DNA of 64,000 nt from Spirochaetaceae bacterium (GTDB lineage: Bacteria > Spirochaetota > Spirochaetia > DSM-2461): positions 832,001-896,000 of the forward strand of contig OZ245056.1 in NCBI GenBank assembly GCA_965224705.1, given 5' to 3'. Shown here one piece after another: positions 59,435 to 64,000 of this stretch. Position 1 is the first letter of the stretch; each line of letters starts with the position of its first letter. A program made the translations under genes and the position numbers. The notes beneath the pieces were generated by a model, which worked only from the letters and a program-made list of their open reading frames with translations, searched no databases and was not told the origin of the DNA.

Positions 59435-61198
59435 ATGCAAACCTTGCAGCTGGGCATATCGGATTTCAAGGAATTCATCGACGAAGGCGGCTATTTTGTC
59501 GATAAGACCCATTTAATCGCCTATCTTATCAGCAATCCCGACAAGGTTCATTTAATCACCCGTCCCCGCCGCTTCGGTAAAACTCTGAACTTAAGCATGA
59601 TTCGCTATTTCCTGGAGGCTCCATCACCGCCAAAAGAACGAAAGGGGCCAAAATGGCTTTCCCGGCTTCGCTTGCGCCAGGCTGTTCCATCCAATGCCTA
59701 TTTGTTCAAAGACCGTTTCATCGCCTCCCATCCGCGCTGTGCCGAGTTCATGGGGCAGTACCCGGTTATTCATTTGAGCTTTAAGGATGCCAAGAGTACT
59801 TCATTCAATGAGTGCATGGAAATTATCAGGAAAATGCTTTCCGCAGAATACCAGCGGCATGGATATCTACAGGGTTGCGGAATGCTGCACGAAGCCGATA
59901 AAAAATTATTCTCCAGAATATTGAACAGAAACGGCACGGATCAGGACTGTGCCCAATCCATTGAATACCTCTCCGCCTGGCTCCACCGCGCCTACGGCAA
60001 ACCGCCATACATCCTTCTGGACGAATACGACACCCCCCTCCATTCGGCCCATGTGGATAAGTACTACGACCAGATGATCGCCTTCATCCGCAGCTTCATG
60101 GTGCAAACCTTCAAGGACAACCCCCACCTGAAGCAGGCTGTGCTTATCGGCATACTGAAAATTGCCCAGGAGAGCATATTCAGCGACTTCAACAATCCCA
60201 GAGTCTCCACCATCCTTTCCCCGGCCATGAAGGACTGCTTTGGATTTACCGAAGCGGAACTTGAAAAAATGACCTCATACTTCGGTCTGGAAGACAAAAT
60301 GGACGGAATCAAGAAATGGTACAACGGCTACATCTTCGGCGGAGAAACCGTCATCTACAATCCCTGGAGCATCGTCAATTACTTAAGCTCCCCCGATGAA
60401 GGATTGAAACCGCACTGGATAAGCACCAGCGACAACAGACTCGTCAAGGAAGTCATAAAACTAAAGCGCCGGGATGCGAAGATGACAACAGAAAAACTTC
60501 TGCGGAAAGAGGAGGTGCGCAAGCCGCTCTTAACCAACATTCCCTACACCCAGATAGAAAATGATCCGGATGTGGTATGGAGTTTTCTTCTCCACAGCGG
60601 CTATCTCAAGGCCTCCGAAATGCACCAGGAAGAACTGGGAACTAGCTGGAGACTCTCCATTCCCAACAAAGAATTGGAGACGGCCTGGGAGACCGTAGTG
60701 CGGAGCTGGCTGAAGGAGGATCTCTCTGTAAACGATGATTTTACGGACTTTGTCAGCGGCATCAGAGAAGCCAATCCCAGGCTGATTGAACGCGGCCTGA
60801 AGCGAATTCTCTTCGGCCTGGCCAGCTATTACGATAGCGCATGGGACGAGGAGGACAGACGGGAAAACTTCTACCATGGCCTGGTACTGGGTCTTCTGGC
60901 CTATCTTGGTTCGGCCTATGCCGTGGACAGCAACCGGGAGTATGGGAGGGGCCGCTCGGACATTGTGGTGGTCAGGAAGGGAAGCGATCCCGCTCAGGCC
61001 GAAGAGGCTTTTGTGCTCGAGTTCAAGCAGGGAAACACCTCTGCTGATACCTCACTGGAAGTGCTGGCCCAGACCGCTTATGCCCAGGCGGTGGAGGAAT
61101 ACCTTGACGGGGTTAGGGAGAAATGGCATCCGAAGGAATTGTTGGTTCTGGGGATTGGTTTCCGGGGGAAGGATTTATCTCTGTATTGCGAGGCATAA
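59435..61198 (+). CDS. AAA-ATPase-like protein with C-terminal PD-(D/E)XK nuclease domain, paralog 1
   Basis: YFVDKT, RPRRFGKTLNLSM, LLDEYDTP, WYNGY, YNPWS, ENFYHG, SNRE.G.GRSDI, EFK. Confidence 0.9.
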   Translation: MQTLQLGISDFKEFIDEGGYFVDKTHLIAYLISNPDKVHLITRPRRFGKTLNLSMIRYFLEAPSPPKERKGPKWLSRLRLRQAVPSNAYLFKDRFIASHPRCAEFMGQYPVIHLSFKDAKSTSFNECMEIIRKMLSAEYQRHGYLQGCGMLHEADKKLFSRILNRNGTDQDCAQSIEYLSAWLHRAYGKPPYILLDEYDTPLHSAHVDKYYDQMIAFIRSFMVQTFKDNPHLKQAVLIGILKIAQESIFSDFNNPRVSTILSPAMKDCFGFTEAELEKMTSYFGLEDKMDGIKKWYNGYIFGGETVIYNPWSIVNYLSSPDEGLKPHWISTSDNRLVKEVIKLKRRDAKMTTEKLLRKEEVRKPLLTNIPYTQIENDPDVVWSFLLHSGYLKASEMHQEELGTSWRLSIPNKELETAWETVVRSWLKEDLSVNDDFTDFVSGIREANPRLIERGLKRILFGLASYYDSAWDEEDRRENFYHGLVLGLLAYLGSAYAVDSNREYGRGRSDIVVVRKGSDPAQAEEAFVLEFKQGNTSADTSLEVLAQTAYAQAVEEYLDGVREKWHPKELLVLGIGFRGKDLSLYCEA

Positions 61199-61475
61199 TC
61201 TCTCACGGAACGAGTTCACGGAGATTACTCAAGGCTTCTATTTATTACCCCCCTAATACCATTTTTCAGCAATTCCTCACCAGAATTGATAAAAACCTCA
61301 ATTTCACACCAGAGAGTTGAGATGTGTTAATAACTGTTTTTCATTTGAGTTCCCCACCTCCGTGTTCTCCGTGCCTCCGTGAGAAACTCCCCTTCCAAAA
61401 GAATCCCATATCTCATTAATAATACAAAAAATCTCTCACGGAGGCACGGAGGTCACGGAGATTATTCAAGGCTTC
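61197..61475. repeat. CACGGAG-unit repeat cluster (two direct copies and one inverted copy)
   Basis: 61197-61238 resembles 61430-61475; 61358-61384 is inverted to 61434-61460. Confidence 0.75.
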
Positions 61476-61509
61476 CATCCCCCATAGCATTCCGCTATAA
61501 TGCAAAATT

Positions 61510-63312
61510 ATGCGAACCTTGCAACTGGGCATATCGGACTTCAAGGAGTTTATCGACGAAGGCTGCTATTTTGTCGATAAGACCCATTTAATCGGCTATC
61601 TTATCAACAATCCCGACAAGGTTCATTTAATTACCCGTCCCCGCCGCTTCGGCAAAACCTTGAACTTAAGCATGATCCGCTACTTCCTGGAAGCTCCCCT
61701 GCCATCCCATACCGGCAATCCCCTTTTTGCCCCCGAAAACACCGCTTCCCCGCCGCCTGAAACCTTGCGCTTCAACACTTTGCCCTCCGGCCAATTCAGC
61801 ACTCACCACGCCTACCTTTTTGAGGATCTTGCAATCGCCTCCCATCCGCGCTGTGCCGAGTTCATGGGACAGTACCCGGTTATTCATTTGAGCTTCAAGA
61901 ATGTGAAGAGTGCAAGCAAAGAAGAAAGCATGGATTTAATGAAGTCCGTCATCGCAGATGAATTCGAGAGACATGACTATCTTCTTGACAGGGAATTTTT
62001 CGATGAATTGAAGATAGAATACTATAGGAAAATCCAGAATAGAAAAGGGACGGACGGGGACTATACCCAGTCCATCAAATACCTCTCCGCCTGGCTCCAC
62101 CGCGCCTACGGCAAACCTCCATACATCCTTCTGGACGAATACGACACACCCCTGCATTCGGCCCATGTGGATAAGTACTACGATCAGATGATCGCCTTCA
62201 TCCGCAGCTTCATGGTGCAAACCTTCAAGGACAACCCCCACCTGAAGCAGGCTGTGCTTATCGGCATACTGAAAATTGCCCAGGAGAGCATATTCAGCGA
62301 CTTCAACAATCCCAGAGTCTCCACCATCCTTTCCCCGGCCATGAAGGACTGCTTTGGATTTACCGAGGCGGAAGTTGAAAAAATGGCTTCATACTTCGGT
62401 CTGGAAAGCAAAATGGACAGAATCAAGGAATGGTACAACGGATACATCTTCGGCGGGGAAACCGTCATCTACAATCCCTGGAGCATCGTCAATTACTTAA
62501 GCTCCCCCGATGAAGGATTGAAACCGCATTGGATAAGCACCAGCGACAACAGACTCGTCAAGGAAGTCATCAAATTGAAGCGCCGGGATGCGAAAATGAC
62601 AACCGAAAAACTCCTGCGGAAGGAGGAGGTGCGAAAGCCGCTCTTAACCAACATTCCCTACACCCAGATAGAAAACGATCCGGATGTGGTATGGAGTTTC
62701 CTTCTCCACAGCGGCTACCTCAAGGCCTCCGAAATGCACCAGGAAGAACTGGGAACCAGCTGGCGGCTTTCCATACCCAACAAAGAAGTGGAGACGGCCT
62801 GGAAAACTGTGGTGCTTAACTGGCTGAAGGAGGATCTCTCTGTAAACGAGGATTTTACGGACTTTGTCAGCGGCATCAGAGAAGCCAATCCCAGGCTGAT
62901 TGAACGCGGCCTGAAGCGAATTCTCTTCGGCCTGGCCAGCTATTACGATAGCGCATGGGACGTGGAGGACAGACGGGAAAACTTCTACCATGGCCTGGTA
63001 CTGGGGCTTCTGGCCTATCTTGGTTCGGCCTATGCCGTGGACAGCAACCGGGAGTACGGGAGAGGCCGCTCGGACATTGTGGTGGTCAGGAAGGGGAGCG
63101 ATCCTGCTCAGGCCGAAGAGGCTTTTGTGTTTGAATTCAAGCAGGGAAATACGGCCGCGGATACCGCACTGGAAGTGCTGGCCCAGGGCGCTTATGCCCA
63201 GGCGGTGGAGGGATACCTTGAGGGGGTCAGGGAAAAATGGCATCCGAAGGAATTGTTGGTTCTGGGGATTGGTTTTCGGGGGAAGGAATTGTCTCTGTAT
63301 AGCGAGGAATAA
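61510..63312 (+). CDS. AAA-ATPase-like protein with C-terminal PD-(D/E)XK nuclease domain, paralog 2
   Basis: Same motifs as paralog 1; near-identical over most of its length. Confidence 0.9.
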   Translation: MRTLQLGISDFKEFIDEGCYFVDKTHLIGYLINNPDKVHLITRPRRFGKTLNLSMIRYFLEAPLPSHTGNPLFAPENTASPPPETLRFNTLPSGQFSTHHAYLFEDLAIASHPRCAEFMGQYPVIHLSFKNVKSASKEESMDLMKSVIADEFERHDYLLDREFFDELKIEYYRKIQNRKGTDGDYTQSIKYLSAWLHRAYGKPPYILLDEYDTPLHSAHVDKYYDQMIAFIRSFMVQTFKDNPHLKQAVLIGILKIAQESIFSDFNNPRVSTILSPAMKDCFGFTEAEVEKMASYFGLESKMDRIKEWYNGYIFGGETVIYNPWSIVNYLSSPDEGLKPHWISTSDNRLVKEVIKLKRRDAKMTTEKLLRKEEVRKPLLTNIPYTQIENDPDVVWSFLLHSGYLKASEMHQEELGTSWRLSIPNKEVETAWKTVVLNWLKEDLSVNEDFTDFVSGIREANPRLIERGLKRILFGLASYYDSAWDVEDRRENFYHGLVLGLLAYLGSAYAVDSNREYGRGRSDIVVVRKGSDPAQAEEAFVFEFKQGNTAADTALEVLAQGAYAQAVEGYLEGVREKWHPKELLVLGIGFRGKELSLYSEE

Positions 63313-63485
63313 TTTGACTGATAGGCCGGGCAGCTTGTTTCCTAATTGAGCTCTTCCTCATCCCAGGATTCCGCTGTGTTTTGAAAATACAATATACGTT
63401 GAGGCACCCCAAAAAACTTAAAAACCGCCCCCCATGCGTCAGAAGCCGAATGCAGGAGGTGTGCCGCCAGTTTCACAGTCCACCA

Positions 63486-64000
63486 TTAACCTCTCAAGTA
63501 CCAATCATTTGTAGCTGCTGCTTTATCTCTGGGTATGTCATTTGTGTCCAGACGCGGCAAGGTGTACTTATTAACTTTTCCTAAATCAGCAATATCAACT
63601 TCTGTTGTCAGAGCAAGTTTACAGTTATATGCTTTTAACAGTTCAATTGTTGATTCGTTGTAATCACCATAAGGATAGCACATTGTCCAATTCTTTGTAT
63701 CACTTCCAATAAGGGTTAAAAACTCAAGTGCCTTTTCAATTTCTACTTTTTGTTTCTGGCGGTCTAAAGAACCCAACCAGTAATGGTCGTATCCATGACT
63801 GCCAATATGCATACCATTTCTTTTCATGCACTGTATTTGTTCAATGTCCATGTATAATTCTCTACTGAATGCATCCTCATCAATTCCAACTATTCTTTCA
63901 AACAGGTTATTCGTTATAATTTTTCTCAGGGATTTTTCAAGTTCATTCTGTAATAAACGCTTTATGAATATAACATCCGCTGAATCAAAACGATTGGATT
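63486..64000 (-). CDS. Polysaccharide deacetylase family protein, C-terminal part (start beyond window)
   Basis: GMHIGSHGYDHYWL, CYPYG.YN, LPRLDTND. Confidence 0.85.
   Translation of the reverse strand, partial: SNRFDSADVIFIKRLLQNELEKSLRKIITNNLFERIVGIDEDAFSRELYMDIEQIQCMKRNGMHIGSHGYDHYWLGSLDRQKQKVEIEKALEFLTLIGSDTKNWTMCYPYGDYNESTIELLKAYNCKLALTTEVDIADLGKVNKYTLPRLDTNDIPRDKAAATNDWYLRG

Noticed and set aside
61197..61475. Possible CRISPR array
   Set aside because: Only 2-3 degenerate units in mixed orientation, no regular spacers, no cas genes.
59435..63312. Possible diversity-generating retroelement template/variable repeat pair
   Set aside because: Both copies are full genes, the differences do not look adenine-specific, and there is no reverse transcriptase in the window.
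1..64000. tRNA, rRNA, riboswitch, prophage or integron integrase genes
   Set aside because: None recognised by eye; a covariance-model search would be needed to exclude small RNAs.

Overview
Bacterial chromosomal window, most likely from a free-living spirochaete. This is inferred from the short AlaRS, a FliG-like gene outside a flagellar operon, a GH57/DUF1926 gene and rnfCDGEAB. The backbone carries an RND pump, hisS, pcnB, Rnf, alaS, PBP1A, rlpA, a nucleoside ABC importer with an MTA/5'-deoxyadenosine salvage cluster, a galK-like kinase and a TAXI-TRAP transporter. Accessory parts are: (i) an AT-richer BCCT/unknown/RidA/ALDH/M19-dipeptidase catabolic island (~8.9-16.0 kb); (ii) a nested IS cluster (36.3-42.2 kb; IS256, IS3, ISL3 and IS1182 remnants) enclosing an integron-cassette fragment (a long attC plus a DUF4160/DUF2442 TA cassette) and a small secreted tandem-repeat protein; (iii) two tandem AAA-ATPase/PD-(D/E)XK paralogs. 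The most striking signal is a ~161-bp fully palindromic element present five times. Its copies show compensatory base-pair changes, it adds exactly 55 codons in frame to two genes in two different reading frames, and it shares its terminus with the IS1182-like remnant. All family assignments are from motif recognition by eye, not from database searches.
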